Below the pieces are notes generated by a model, which saw only the letters and a program-made list of their open reading frames with translations, did no database searches and was not told the origin of the DNA. From Chiloscyllium plagiosum (taxonomy: Eukaryota): a stretch of DNA of 64,000 bases. The first letter of the stretch is position 1; each line of letters starts with the position of its first letter. A program made the position numbers and the translations under genes. This document shows positions 26,411 through 39,936 of this stretch, in pieces. Where the stretch lies: positions 64,981,548-65,045,547 of the forward strand of contig NC_057718.1 in assembly GCF_004010195.1 (NCBI RefSeq), read 5' to 3'.

Positions 26411-26835
26411 TAAAACTAAATTTGCAGCATTGCATCCAGTGAAAGATCAACTCATTAAGTAAAAACAAAACAAAATATGGTCTCTCAAGTCAGATTTCAA
26501 TCAGGGATTGGATTTGTCTGTTAATAATATTTGCTGGGTTCTTAATATTATGTTGTTAAAAAAATGCATTAACAACTGCGAAAATCTCTACAAATTCAGT
26601 TCCAATACAATTGTATACCACAAGCAGAGCAAGTCTTTAGATACGAGGCATAACAGTGGTAAAAACCCTTGGCTGTTACATGAGACATGCAATCTACTGA
26701 CCTGCTCTACTAAATTTCATCGACATGGGAGTGGCAATAGCAGTTCTTGTTATTGTCACTTATATAACTTAGCTGGAAAGGATTTCACAGGTCTGAGTCC
26801 TTTAAAACTTCACACCAATCAATACAAGTATAATT

Positions 26836-27056
26836 AACAAAGCAGAATGCTGCAGATTCTGCACTTCTGAAATAAAAATAGAAGTTGCTAGAAATACTGT
26901 ATTCAATAGATCTAACAGCATCTATGAAGAGAGAAAAAAAAGGAGACTATGTTGATGAAAGGTCAGAAACCTCTAGCGTTAATTTTGTTTCTCTCCACAC
27001 ATGCTGTGGCCTGTTGCCAGGAATGCTGACTATTTCCAGATTTACTTTTATTTTTG
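26836..27056. mobile_element. Old Penelope-like fold-back (same family as 15532-15756)
   Basis: aacaaagcagaatgctgcagat..gaaataaaaatagaagttgctagaaatac on the left, ..tttctctccacacatgctg..tttccagatttactttta on the right. Confidence 0.6.
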
Positions 27057-27142
27057 AAACACAATTCAGCTATAGTATCCTCTAAATTTTGGCTCTTGGC
27101 CGAATATCTTGGTCATCCTCATTCAGATGTATACCAACTCTC

Positions 27143-27460
27143 TCATAGAATCCCTACAGTGTGAAAAGAGACCATTCGGTCCAGCGAGTCTCCGCCAACT
27201 CTCCAAACAGCATCTACCCTATTCTTGTAACTCCCTAATTACCATGGCTAACCCACCTAGTCTACATATCCCTGCACACTACAAGCAATTTAGCATGGCC
27301 ATTCCAACTAACCTGCACATCCTCGGACATTGGGAGGAAACCGGAGCACCCAGTGGAAACCAATGTAGACACAGGGAGAACAGGCAAACTCCACACAGAC
27401 CGTCATCCAAGGCTGGTATCAAACTCAGGTTGCTAGTGCTGTGAGCCACCGTGCTTGCCA
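27143..27460 (-). mobile_element. HE1-type SINE
   Basis: ..gggaggaaaccggagcaccc..gcaaactccacacagac..gagccaccgtgc.. is the antisense V-domain and head. Confidence 0.85.
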
Positions 27461-29398
27461 CCCCCCACCCCTCCCCTTCCTAAGCAAACATTTTGAAAAT
27501 GAGGCATTTGTCACAATATTTTCATCTTATATATGTTCAGCTGAACGAAAAATGATGCTTCATTTTCTGCAGACTTTCAGAGTTACTATTAGTTTGAATG
27601 TATAGTAACACTACTATTGAATTTATTCTAAGGTATGATTTTATTTCTGTTTCCAGGCTTTAACTAAAAAAGCATTACTCTCTGGTGATCCACCTTAATA
27701 AAATGTCACATTAAATTAATTTGCTTAATAAATCATTTATAAATTTCCAGTATCCAATCATTTTAGCAAGTATTAATAATTGTGCCTCCTGTTATGGAAT
27801 TGAATCTTATACCTGACAGTGCACCAATGTATTTTTCGTTTATCCGAGACTATGCAGTTACTTATGTCTGCTTAGTTCAGTCTCTTGGTCACAAGATTGT
27901 GAATTGAACTCCCAAGCTGGATTTTTAATATAAATTTAGCAAACTGATTTTGAGAGTGTTGTCAATGGTATCCACCTCACATGAAACATTGAAGTAATGA
28001 TGTCTGGGTGGTTGAAGTGACATTTAACTATTGATTGTTTTCTTCGAAGAACAGAGAATTCTCTGCAATTCTGCCAAATGATCTTCACTTAGTTTATGGA
28101 AAGGTTTTGGGATGATTCTCAGAAACATAATCAGGTGAACATCATGGAAAAGTGACATACAGTTCTAGTTTTTGCAATAAAGCAGGATAGCTGGGCGATG
28201 TAAATGGCTAGACTCAGTTCACATCTGAAAACTGGGTTTAATTCCAGCCTGAAGTGAAAAATTCAGCTCCTTTTCTCTGGTAACTGTATGCATCCTGAAT
28301 GAAAAGTGGTAAGACAATTTAATGAAATTCCAAAATACATCATGCAAAATATTTCAAAAATTACTATGATGTGGGGAATCAAATTATCAAAAAATGGAAT
28401 ATGGGATTCTTCGAGAAGGAACTCTGATTAGATTTCCCTGACTCTATTAATGGCAATGTTTATAATTGTGGGAATTACCAATATCCAAAAGTAGTCAAAT
28501 TTATCTAGCTATCTGTTTCTCCATGTATATATCCTAAATTTGTTTGAATTTGCTGGCATATTCAACATCCATTGACAAGTTTGTTATAAATGCGTGTCAA
28601 CTGTGTAAAGTATTTAAATCTAAAATATCTTTTCAGTCTTCCTTTTTCAAGTGAAAGGAAGTAACCAGTGGTACTATTTTTGGGCAACATATCTATATTA
28701 ATGAATTATACAAAACACTGGAAGATATTGAACTGTATTAAACATTTATTTAACAAGGGAGAAAGAAAATCATGTGGTTTCTTCAAAACTTAATTTAGTA
28801 TTTTAAATTGGGTTGTGATCTATTTGCTAATTACAAAAACCTTGACTTTGAAAAAATAGCCAAGCAAAGCCTTTAGGGAGATACATAACGGGCTTTATTG
28901 TGCTGCACTGCAGGAAACTCTGGCTTTGTAGGGGATTATGTAGTTCTGTACTGAAAGTTACCCATCAACCCTTTCTGGTCTTAATTTTTGTTTCAAAAAC
29001 CTAGCAATTCAGGAGGAAACCTCCAAGGTTTGCAGAAAAGCTGCAAGTCTCTGTCCTTCTCATGGTTGATGTATTTAGGAATCTGCTAAAGATTGCACAT
29101 ATCAGGATTTTGACTATCTTGTAAACCTTAAGAATCTCAACTGTGACTACTTTACAAAGACTTGGAACCAGCTTAATTCCCATTCATACCAAAGCTTACT
29201 TGAAAACTCTTCTATCAGTCTGTGGCTGGCAGCAATTCAATTTTATCACAAGAAATCTACTGGACTATGAGAATTAATCATTTGCTTCTCACGCCATTCG
29301 TGAATAAGGGTGTTTTCCTTTGCCATTTAAAAAAAACAATTACCTCTATGAAGTGCTGGTTGTCTTTTGCTTTGCGTGGAGATTAAAAAAAGAGTTAA

Positions 29399-29605
29399 GA
29401 GTCATTCAGCATGGAAACAGACCCTTTGGTCCAACCAGTCCATGCTGACCATGTTCCTAAACTAAACTAGCCCCACCTGCCTGCTCCTGGCCCATATCCC
29501 TCCAAACGTTTCTTATTCATGAACTTATCCAAATGTCTTTTAAACACTGTAACTGTAACTGTGTTCACAAATGGCTCTGGCACTTCATTCCACACATGAA
29601 CCATT
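29399..29605 (-). mobile_element. CR1-type 3' tail
   Basis: cagcatggaaacagaccctttggtccaacc..ggcccatatccctccaaac..aaatgtcttttaaac. Confidence 0.8.
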
Positions 29606-29869
29606 GTTTGTCCAGATCATATCTTAGGTGTTAACCAGCTTTGCCACTTGATTTTAGAAATTAATTCTGCATTATATAAAACAGATTTTTGAGTTCATCT
29701 TTAGACTGGAAAAGAGGAAACTAAACTTGTGGCATTTCAATCACAAATTGCCAATAGTGGAATGCAACCTTGCATCTCCAAGCTCTTTAACCCATACAAC
29801 TGAGAAACTGATAAGCTCTAATTTATTTTATCAATGTTTCTTTTCAAATTGTATACCCAATGTCTAGTT

Positions 29870-31630
29870 AAGACAGGAGTTCCAGAAATTTGACCCAATA
29901 TCAGTGAAGGAAAGACAATATAATTTAAGGTCAGGATGGTGTGTGAGCTGGAGGGGAACTTGAGGGTGTTGATGCTTCCATGCATTTCTTGCTCTTATTT
30001 CTCCAGATAGTAGTAGTTGTAGTTTTGCAAGATATTGTTGAAGAGGCATTAATGAGTTGCTGCTTGTGCATCTTGCACATTAAAGTGTTCCAACCGTACA
30101 TGGATGGTGGAGGAAATGAATGTTTGAAATTATGGATGGGGGCCAGTCAACTGCATTGCGATGTACTAGATGGAGTAAAGCATCATAAGAGCTTTGTGCA
30201 CATCCAGGAAAATGGAGAGTGTTTTACACCACTCATTGTGGATGGCTTTAGGGAATAGGTCAATGAGTTAGTGACTTCAGAATTCTCTTTTCTGATGTAT
30301 TATTTTAGCTACAGCATTTATATGGCTGATCTGGTTCAATTTCTGATCAATTTTGCACTACAGGATATCGATAGCAGGGTATTAAATAATGCTAATGCCA
30401 TTGAAAATCAAGGAGTGATGGTGAGATTCTCTCTTGTTAAGATGGTTATTAGGTGGTTATTGCTTGGCACTTATCAGAATGAATGTTACTTGATCATTAG
30501 CTACCCAAGCCAGGATGTTATCCAGGTGTTGGGATTAGAGTGGTGCTGGAAAAGCACAGCAGGTCAAGTAGCATCCAAGGAGCAGGAAAATCGATGTTTC
30601 GGGCAAAAGCCCTTCATCAGGAATGAGGCTTCCGGGCCGGGAAGCTGAGAGATAAATGGGAGGGGAAATGGGGGGGAAGGTAGCTGAGAGTGCAATAGGT
30701 AGATGGAGGTGAGGGTGAAGGTGTTCCGAGGAGCTGTTATCCAGGTGTTGCTGCATGAGGGAACCATCGACCATTTGGAGAGTTATGACTGGTGCTGAAT
30801 ATTGTGCAGTCATCAGGAAATGTCCTCACTTCTGACAATATAATGGAGGGAAGGTTATTTATGGAGCAGCTGAAGATGGTTGGACCAAGGATACTACCCT
30901 GAGGAACTCATGCAATGATATTCCAGTTGATCATCTTCAAAAACCACAACCATCTTCCTTTGTGCTAAGCATGACTCCAAACAGTAATAAGTTTTCTTCT
31001 TGAGTCCTACTGACTTCAATTTTGCCAGTGATCCATCATGCCAGACTCGGACAAGTGCTGTTTTGGGTTAAGGGAAGTCACTCTCATATCCTCTCTTGAA
31101 TTCACCTCTTTTTTCTATATTTGTTGACCAAAGCAGGTCAGGAGCTGAGTAGTGTATGTGGAACTCTAATGTGCAAGTTATTGTTGAGTAAGTCCTACTG
31201 GATAACATTGTTGTGACACCTTCCATCACTTTGCTGATGATCAAGGGGTAGACTGATGGGGCAGTATGGTCAGATAAGATTTGTCCTAATTTTTGTGGAT
31301 AGAACATACCTGGGCAACTGTACTGGAACAGTTGTTCAGTGGCATGGCTAGTTCTGTAGTACAAGTCTTCAATACTATTGCCAGAATGTTAACAGGGTCC
31401 ATAGCTTCTGCAGTATTCAGTGCCTTCAATCATTTCTTAATTTCACGTGGAATCAATCTGGTTGATGATTGGCGTCTGTGATGCAGCAGACTTCAGGAGA
31501 GGTCAAGATGGATCATCCTTGGGACTGCCACCCAAAGCTATTTGCAAATACTTCAGTCTTGTTTTTTGATGGAGGTTCCCTGATCATTGAGAAAGGGGAT
31601 ATTTGTGGAACTTCCTTCTTCAGTTGGTTG
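29870..31630 (-). mobile_element. Old non-LTR retrotransposon RT remnant (clade uncertain) interrupted by a Penelope fragment
   Basis: Minus strand ~31200-31320 reads across frames as AQVC..HK..DKS...Y.P.SL..IISKVMEGV. Related fragments at ~37760-38030 and ~38225-38400. Confidence 0.7.
30532..30734 (-). mobile_element. Penelope pLTR fragment with a hammerhead motif (30589-30624)
   Basis: 16-bp TSD tgttatccaggtgttg at 30516-30531 and 30735-30750. Minus strand reads ATTC-CTGATGA-A-GGGC[TTTT]GCCC-GAAACATC. Confidence 0.88.
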
Positions 31631-33467
31631 TTTGGCTTACCATCTCAGTGAATTAAATGTGAGCATGTTCCAGGCAGAGATAAATATCCAAGGCAGTGAC
31701 ATGGGAATTGAGACAAAACACCATGTGACCACAAGTTTTAGTTTCCCATGCAGGTGTGTGGATAGGAAACCTGAGCAATGGTTTATAAGGGAGTGCTGAT
31801 CAGAGAGTAGAGAGCTTTGCAGAAGGAAGGACACTCAGTTGGGAAATATTGGCCACGCATCACTCCCATCCAACTGGAAGCCAAAACAAACAGCATGCCC
31901 AAATCTCCTCTCAGGCACAAGAAATGCTTAATGTATGGTGAAATCCTCTGCAAGAACATAACGGAAAATGAAACTGAAGGGTACATGCTGCAGGAGTAAA
32001 AACAAAAGGCTTGAAACAAAATTACAATGAACAGAATAGGAAACATATCAAGTTGATTCGAAATATAAGGTCTCACATAATACCTATTAAACAATACTCA
32101 AAATCCAGATTATCCAAATCAAAATCCAAATTATCCAAAACAAAAGTAATTTGCTTCTAGAATGCAAGTTATTCATATTCTTTCCAATATTCCTTTTTAA
32201 ATTCACAGACCTTTGCCCTGCATTCCCCCAAGTACAAATTCCACTTACATGAATAAAGCTAAAGGCAGACTGCTTCAGTAAATAATCAATAAAGCTCCAC
32301 TAACTAACAATTGATGGCTTTCACTGCATCAGTCAATTCATGACTACACCCTGATGAGCTAAAAAAGCTTCCATCTGTCATAATTTCTATTCTGGAGATT
32401 TGAATCCATCTACATTTCTCACATTATGGGATAAAGCACTTTGGCAATGACCCCATTTAATCAGGAATGGCAAATAAATGAACTTTCAGCCAGAAGGCGT
32501 CCAGCTCCATTGTGTTGAAAATATTTTTTAAAAGTGTTCACTTCTCCTTTGAGGCCTAACTGTTTGTCTCCTTAGATTCTCCAATGTGAGGGAGTGCCAG
32601 GCGCAAACACTTGCCTCAATTTCTCCAAGCACCCCTACAAAATGGAATCCATTCACTATAACTGGAGGAAAGTGAGGGAAAACTCCTGCATGGTCAACTT
32701 CATGCTGTCCCACATTATGTCTATTTAAGACAGACGCACTCAATTTCCTCTGGTATGGATCCCAGGAAATCTCAACAGTGTCAAGAGAATTGAGAACAAT
32801 GGTCATGGGTCACATTTTATATTATTTTCTTTGTATTTGGAAATTGAGCATTAAAGAAATAAATTCACAGTGATTATTTTCAGTTGATATTTGTATAAAA
32901 CCAAAATCAGAATTATGTTACTGAAGTAATGAAATACCATGAAATCTGTAAAATATGTGAATGAAGCATGGACTTCTCCGTGTGAGATTTCCCTAATAGA
33001 GTCATAGAGTCATACAGCATGGAAACAGACCCCTCGGTCCAACAAGTTCATGCTGAAGATAATACTGGATCGCAGGACCACCAATACCCACTCAGACCCT
33101 CTGGACACAGATATTTGTACTGCTTACAGTAGAGGGTATAATTTATTCAGGTCCTAATACCGACAGTCTTTCTTTCTGTCTTGTACATTTATTCTATTGA
33201 TCAATGGATAGCATATTTATATCCTGATGTTATAAATTGACTACAAGGTATTTGTAATGTCACAATGTCAATATTTTCCCCACACATCTGCCCACAGGTA
33301 CCTTCTGTTCAAAATCTCAGATTGGCACCCAGCACCCAAATCACGGTTTCGTTTCTCACTATATCTGGTATCTCTCCACCCCCTCACACACACATTCACA
33401 CCCTTACACACACACACAGTCCCTTTGATCAGTCTACACAGAAATATTGACATTGCAGCCAGGACAT

Positions 33468-33720
33468 GGCAACAACTTGCATTTCTACGGCGATATAATC
33501 CTACCACCGAGGTCCTTCACAGAAGTGCACGCAGCCACAATGTTGACATCGTGCTTTTTAAGCTGATATCAGGAAAGCTGGAGGAAGCCAAGAGGTGGTT
33601 CTAAGAAGAATTTGTAAAGACTGGGAGAGAGGTGGTGATGGACAGAGGTGGTTTCGGGAAGGAATTCACAACTGACTCTTGGGAGGGATGCCGGTGCCCA
33701 TGGCACTCACGGAGAGGCAT
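33468..33720 (-). mobile_element. Ancient L2-type LINE 3' end
   Basis: caacaacttgcatttcta..cttcacagaag..gggagagaggtgg..agaggtggtttcgggaaggaattc resembles the antisense L2 tail as recalled. Confidence 0.55.
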
Positions 33721-34834
33721 GTGGAGGAGAAAACAAAAAACCCTGAAGGGAATCAAAGAATTGAAGGTCTTTGGTGCAGTATTTGAAATGAACACCAGTG
33801 ACCCGATTCTGCATTTTGTTGCTTTGTCCGAGATCATATTTCGTGCCATTGCCGGCATGTTCCGAAAGAGAAGTGAAGATATTTCCTGTCCTGACATAAA
33901 GGGTTTTGTTTGGATTTTTGAGCATGAGCGAGCTGTTGTCATGCAGAGGAAGAGATAGCAATGAGAAGGGACGGCTGCTGGAGATTTGATTTCAAGTCTA
34001 CAAAGGAAGCGAGGGGAATGAATTGGCCGGGCTTGGATACCTCACCTTTGTTGGATATTTCGCTTCAAACCGGTCAGCAGCGGTCCCACACTGCAGTCTA
34101 TGTTCACCTTCCACACAGCGCAGGCTGCAGCCAGACTAAATGGCATTAATTGTGCTGGGACCATTCCAACTGCAGTCAGTACATTTCCCCTTTCTAACCG
34201 CTGAGTTGTTTTAAATCCTATAGTTAGAAATCTCAGAGCATGTATGCCCCTTCTGAATCTAGAGTGACACTCCGAGAGAGGGGGAAAACCCTTGTGAGGA
34301 GGGGGGGGTGGGGGGGTGGGAACAGTTATTCTGTCGTTATTTTAATAAAAGAATTCAATGATCTAACTTCTGAGTGCCTGGAAATTCTCGCAATTAAGTC
34401 ATTTAGCAAGAGCGGAGAGGGGACACACACACTGACACATCATTGCCGGCTAAGGGGAATGGCCCAGATAACCCTGGAGCACCCATAACACGGAGACCAG
34501 TCAGAAAAGACTGATAAAAGGGGCTGGCCTCCGGGCAAGATCAGGAATCTCGAATCTGGCCGTTTCCCTGTGTAATCGCAATGTGTTCCTTGTCCTGATG
34601 CAGCGAGCTGTCCAGCCCTAGCTCCTGCTGTGTTGGCATGGCTCGCCACAGCAGCTGTCCTGCTGCGTACTCGGGCTTTGCCAAACCCCAGCCCATCCCA
34701 ATGCAATGCCACCCGCACCCTCTCTCTTTGTTTTCCTCTCCCAGCAGCAGGGATGCTCCGCCGCTAAAAAAAGCAGCTATGGCAAAGCACAAGGACCGTG
34801 GTTCATGTCATTCGGCAACATTTAGGCAACCAAC

Positions 34835-34933
34835 CTCGTATTTGCTTAAACTCGAGCTCTTGCTGCGGGATTTCTTGCGCAGGTAAACAGAGAAGAAGCG
34901 GCGCACGGTGAATTTCTTTACGCTCATGTCCAT
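34835..34933 (-). CDS. RPS6KA2: RSK3 coding exon 1 (unique basic N-terminal region)
   Basis: 99 bp, MDMSVKKFTVRRFFSVYLRKKSRSKSSSLSKYE, nearly identical to the recalled human RSK3 N-terminus. ATG at 34933 in gcaATGG context. Donor GAG|GTTGGT is phase 0 and joins exon 2 in frame. Confidence 0.96.
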
Positions 34934-35560
34934 TGCTCTCTCTCTCTCTCTGTGTCTCTCCCACTGCTCCTGGGCTCGCTCAAAGCGGCACCAACTTCGC
35001 CCGTGAACGCTCGATACGAGAAATCTGCTCAAGGTTCAGTCTCAATCCGCCTTAGAGAACTGGCTCGACTCCCTGGGAGCCCCCTGCATCTTCCTGTACC
35101 AGCTGCCCAGCTCTCTCCACCGAGCTAACGCGGACTGAGGAGGCTCTCCCTTCCCTTGGTCCCCTCAGCGGCTGCTCGGTACGTTCGCCTCTCCGCACCT
35201 TCCTGAGCCTCTCGGGGACCCCCCCCCCCCCCCCAGAACAAGGGGCTTTCCCTTCTCCCTCGCCAGGAGCTCCAGCCACATGAGAGCCTGGCACCGCTCA
35301 GACCTGGCCAATGTTTTTGGCTGGGAGAAAGGCTGCCCGCGAGGGCGGGGGAAGCAGCTCCTTTTTCTATCGGAACAGCCCGAGTGATGAGTGACATTTA
35401 AACTGAACCCGCTCCAGCGGCAAAATCACTCCTCATTGTGTCAAACTGCACGGCCACCTCCAGTAATCTCGCCCCACTGCCGTAAAGGACTGAATATAAA
35501 CAGAAATTGTTAAAGGAGGGAGGGTAGTGCGGAACCGTGAATAAAGCAGACAGCATTTTG
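34934..35560 (-). promoter_or_regulatory. GC/CpG-rich 5' UTR and promoter region of RPS6KA2
   Basis: Local CpG enrichment (~34400-35560) against a CpG-poor background. GC-box-like gggcgggg at 35343 and a C16 run at 35219-35234. The transcription start cannot be determined. Confidence 0.7.
34936..34960. repeat. (CT)n/(GA)n microsatellite immediately upstream of the start codon
   Basis: ctctctctctctctctgtgtctctc. Confidence 0.9.
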
Positions 35561-35689
35561 TCGCACAGTGGTAGTGCCACTACATCAAGTCCCAACTGCC
35601 CAGGATGTGCCTCGTAGCAAGTATCCTCGGCTTCATTCATCGGGGTGCAAAGGATGAGAGCAGCAAGAATTTTTAAAGGACTCCAGTTC

Positions 35690-36205
35690 GACTTCACCTG
35701 GATTATGGTGTCCCGTTCTGGACGCCACTCTTTTATGAAGAATGTGAATGCTCTGGAGAAACTGCAAAAGAGGTTTGAAAGAATGGTTCCAAGGATGAGG
35801 AAATAAACACTTGAGTTATGGTGGTAGATTGGAGAAGTTCACCTTGGAGAGAGGAGAAGGCTGAGCAGAGAAGTTTTCAAAAAGCATGAAGGGTCTGGAC
35901 AAAGCAGACAGGGAAAAACAGTACAGGCCCATTAAAAACATCAAGACCCATATGCATTTAAAATGTTTTGCAAAAGAAACAAACGCAAGGTGAGAAAAAA
36001 AATCGAGTGAAGAGTTAAGGTCTGAAATACATTCCCTGGAAATGTGGTGGAAACAGGTTCAACTAAAGCATTCCAGAAGGCACTGGAGGATGATTTAAAT
36101 AGGTATAGTATTCAGCATTACAGGTAAAAGGCAGGACATCAACCAAAATGTTCAGAGAGCCAGTGCTGACATGATGGGCCAAATAGCCTCCTTCTGCACC
36201 ATAAC
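35690..36205 (+). mobile_element. Decayed CR1-type LINE 3' part
   Basis: ..HLDYGVPFWTP..LEKLQKRFERMVPRM.. followed by a 3' UTR ending ..gggccaaatagcctccttctgcac. Confidence 0.75.
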
Positions 36206-38850
36206 AAAAGCAGAATCAGATACCGCAGTGTTCAGTTATAAAGAAAAGGTATGAGGTTACAGTTCAAAATCACATATTTTGAGATTGCTGAGAAGGAATC
36301 AGATGTAGATAGAATCACTATGGGAAGTAAATTAGGTAGAAATAAATGTCAGTTTGTGATGAACCCAACCCACAAGACTATCATGAATAATCCAGCCTCA
36401 GTGAGACTGTACTCTACCAGGTGTCATGTTATCTTTCCTAACAAGTGAATTCAGTTGGCAATCAGCAAGAATTTTAATTGATTTCTTTCACTTTGTCCAG
36501 AATTCCCTTTTAAAACTTCAGTGACACAGTAGGGTAGTTTATTAGCAATAAAACCTAGGTGGCAGGTCACTACTCTTTTGATGAATTCCAGTGAAAGGGG
36601 GAATGAGTGAGAAAACCAGTCAGCATTGTTGTAAGGAACATCTCACCTTTGAACAGAAGCCACTTCAGAACATGCACAGCACAAACAAAACCTTACATTG
36701 ATATAACACCTTCCATAAGCTCAATATAACACAAAGTGCAATAAAGCCAACAAAGAACTTTGGAAGAGTAGACCCTTATATGTCACAGCTGGCAACTTGA
36801 GAAGTCGTGTGCTTTCCTTTGAAATGATGCCACAGAACCTTTTACATTCTCAAAAAATACAGAGTTGGATAATGATTGAGTACTGTTATACCAATAAATA
36901 GCATAAGTTATCAGTGATACCTGCTTTCATGGATGCACACTTGAACTACTCTATGAGCAGGGTAACTTCAGGAATGCTGTCTTGTTACAACCGGATCCAA
37001 TACAAGGATCCTGAATTTATTATGGTTCCAGATGGAAACCATAATGCAAACTGCCAAATTCCCAGGTGAAAAGGGATGAACTGGATCCCCTTTTTTATTC
37101 ACTTTCCCCTTCATTTGGTTGCAACAAAATTAACTTAAAGAGTATTCCTTTGCCTTATGTATTCCCAGACCCAAATGAACTCACACTTTAAAATGAGCCA
37201 ATGTAATCAACTTTTCTTGAATGAATAACAAAAAAAGTTTATAATTACTGCACACAATACCCATACTCAAATATTGGAAATAAGAGGTGAGTTCAAAAAG
37301 ATGAAACAAAAATAGGTTTGTAAACCAGTCTTTGAATTGTTTGCAAAGACAATTGATATTTTGAATATTACTGCATAATGATTAGCCCTGTTTCAGCAAG
37401 GTGTAGCTGCCTTTGAAACATGGTGGATGTCAGAGGCCAATAATGTAAGAGTAGGAAGTAAGTTCAAGAATGCGTGTAACCTTTCATTGGCCATATATTG
37501 ACCTGCACATTGACAAATGACTGGCTGCTGATCTACATATGGATTTTGGACTTTTTTAAATACCCTTTCTTCTTTAGACTTTTTCTTTTCTCTTTTCACT
37601 TCCTTTATCTCTCATTAACCGCATTTTCTATATCATTTTTCTTTTTTTTTTCCTTCTCTATTCTTGTGCTTTCTTGATATCTCCGTTTTCTTACTCTGGG
37701 AGTCTGTGGTTTGTATCCTCCTCATTATGAGGGTTGAATAAGAGGGACAGCTACTGTACTGTTTGGAAGGAGTTCCAGGATTTTAGCCCAGTGCCACGGA
37801 AGGAAAGGCAACATAGTTTCAAGTCAGGATATTGTGTGACTAGGAGGGGAAAGTGTCTGTGGTGGTGTTCCCATACTTCTCCTGCCCTTGCCATTCTAGA
37901 TGATAATGATTGTCGGTTTGGAAGGTGCTAGTGAAGATACTTTGGTGAACTGCTGCAACACATCTTACAGATGTCATAAACTGTGTTACTGTGCATCAAT
38001 GGTGGAGGGAGTGAAGATTAAGATGGGAAATGGAGGCAGCTTCCTTATTTTATTTCAATCTCAAGCTCTCAGTGACTTTTTCCACTTGGCAGTTAATTTA
38101 GCTTGGCTCACATGATTTCTTCTGTCAAACAATTAAACCTTCACTGCAACTAAACTCCCATTTCTTTTCCCTCAATTACTGCTTGCCATTTAGGAATTAT
38201 TAACACAAACATATATATCTGTGACATATGGGCAGCACTGGCTAGGTGGGCATTTGCTTTCCATCCTTTGTTGTCCTGAACAAGGTAGTGAATAACCAAC
38301 ATGAACTGCTACAGTCTGTGCAATGAACGTTTGCCCATGGTAATGTTAGGTTGGGAGTTCCAAATTTGTGATCCAGCAACAGTGAAGGAATTGGAAACAG
38401 TGTTCAAGGGATAAGACTTTTGTCAAGGAGGGATGGATTTTGGCAGTTGGGGAAACGTTTGACTGAAAAAACATTTTGCTTAAAGAGGCACCCATCCACC
38501 ATATTTTTAGTGAGGGGAGACAACGGTTGGGATGGAATTAGAGTGCACACTTCCTCTGGTGACAGGTCCAAGGCAGCAATAGAGTTAGTGAGCCTGGTAG
38601 GCTAGAAGGCCCACCTCCTATATAAAGCCATTAGCTCATTGTAATCATGAATGTTAGGCCCTTACACTCTCACTTCACACTGCACGCTCACCTGCTACCC
38701 ATGTCCATAATAGCTCCTATTGCATTGTCAAGCTCCCCCCTCCAGTATTTCTTGAGGTACAGGTGCAGTCTAGCTACAGTATATGGTGGAAATTGTTATG
38801 GAAAAGTGTTTGAGCAGTAAAAACAATGAATAATGGTGTAATAAAGTACA

Positions 38851-39075
38851 GAGTATGCTCCAATGTTCTGTGACACAATTTTGGAGGCATTGGTCCAGGA
38901 GCAGTGCAGGTGAAAAGCCCTTTGTCTATAGAAGACCAGGAGACCTAAAGAGAAAAACTAAGAAGGCAATAGGAATAGTTAGCCACTATGGTCAATACCA
39001 GCAGTGTATCCCTGAGAAGCTGGTTGTACTGCTGTAAGACATTCAATGACCTCAAACAAGATGTCAAGATCAGTA
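38851..39075 (+). mobile_element. Harbinger-type Myb/SANT-like protein remnant
   Basis: YAPMFCDTILEALVQE..RQ*E*LATMVNTSSVSLRSWLYCCKTFNDLKQDVK, versus the pattern APRF.D..LE.LV.EV...W..VA..VN....R.W.QCRKKFNDL. Confidence 0.7.
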
Positions 39076-39764
39076 AATACATCTTCAAATGCTATGAGTG
39101 ATGACAACTAATTCACTAATCTTGCACACTTCTCAAATCATCATCCTCTTTCATTCACCCACCAACATTGCTGATCAAATCAAAACCTAACCATATTTCA
39201 CAGCTTGTACTTACTACCACAATTTAACCATGACTGGTATATCACTTGATCACATTGAACTACACTTAGTAACCATATAGGATTACAACACAGTACATTG
39301 CATAGAAATAGGCCATTTAGCCCAACCAGTCTATGCTGGCATTTATACTCCCCTATCACTCCTCCCATCTTTCCTTAATGTAAATCTAGCATTGTAAACC
39401 TTACTCTGTCATCTCTCAAAATGCATGACTCACTTCCCTTTAAATGCATCCATTTAGTTTGATTCAAACACTCCCTATGATGTCAAGGTACATATTCTCA
39501 CCATACAGTCATAGAATTGCACAGCACAGAAACAGACTTTTGCGTCCAATTAAGTTTCACCAACTGATGTAGTCCCATTTGCCAGTATTTAAACCATTTC
39601 TCTCTAAAACCTTCCTATTCATGTACCTATCCATAAAAAAAATGAAAATGAGCAGAGGAAGTGAGGAATTATGTGGCCGAATGGGTATGATGATTAGGTG
39701 AGTGAATATATGAGTGGATGAGAGGTTGTGGTGGGCAGGTTGGTGGGTGAGTGAGGTGGATAGT

Positions 39765-39936
39765 GAGGACTGCAGATGCTGGATATCAGAGTCAAGATTA
39801 GAGTGATGCTGGAAAAGCACAGCAGGTCAGGTAGCATCTGAGGAGCAGGAAAATCGACATTTCGGGCAGGAGCCCCTCATTCTTGATGAAGGTCTCCTGC
39901 CTGAAAAGTCGATTTTCCTACTCCTAGGATGCTGCC
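39765..39936. mobile_element. Penelope pLTR fold-back
   Basis: Tail inverted at the hammerhead (~39850-39915). 8-bp flanking repeat tggatagt at 39757-39764 and 39937-39944. Confidence 0.8.
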
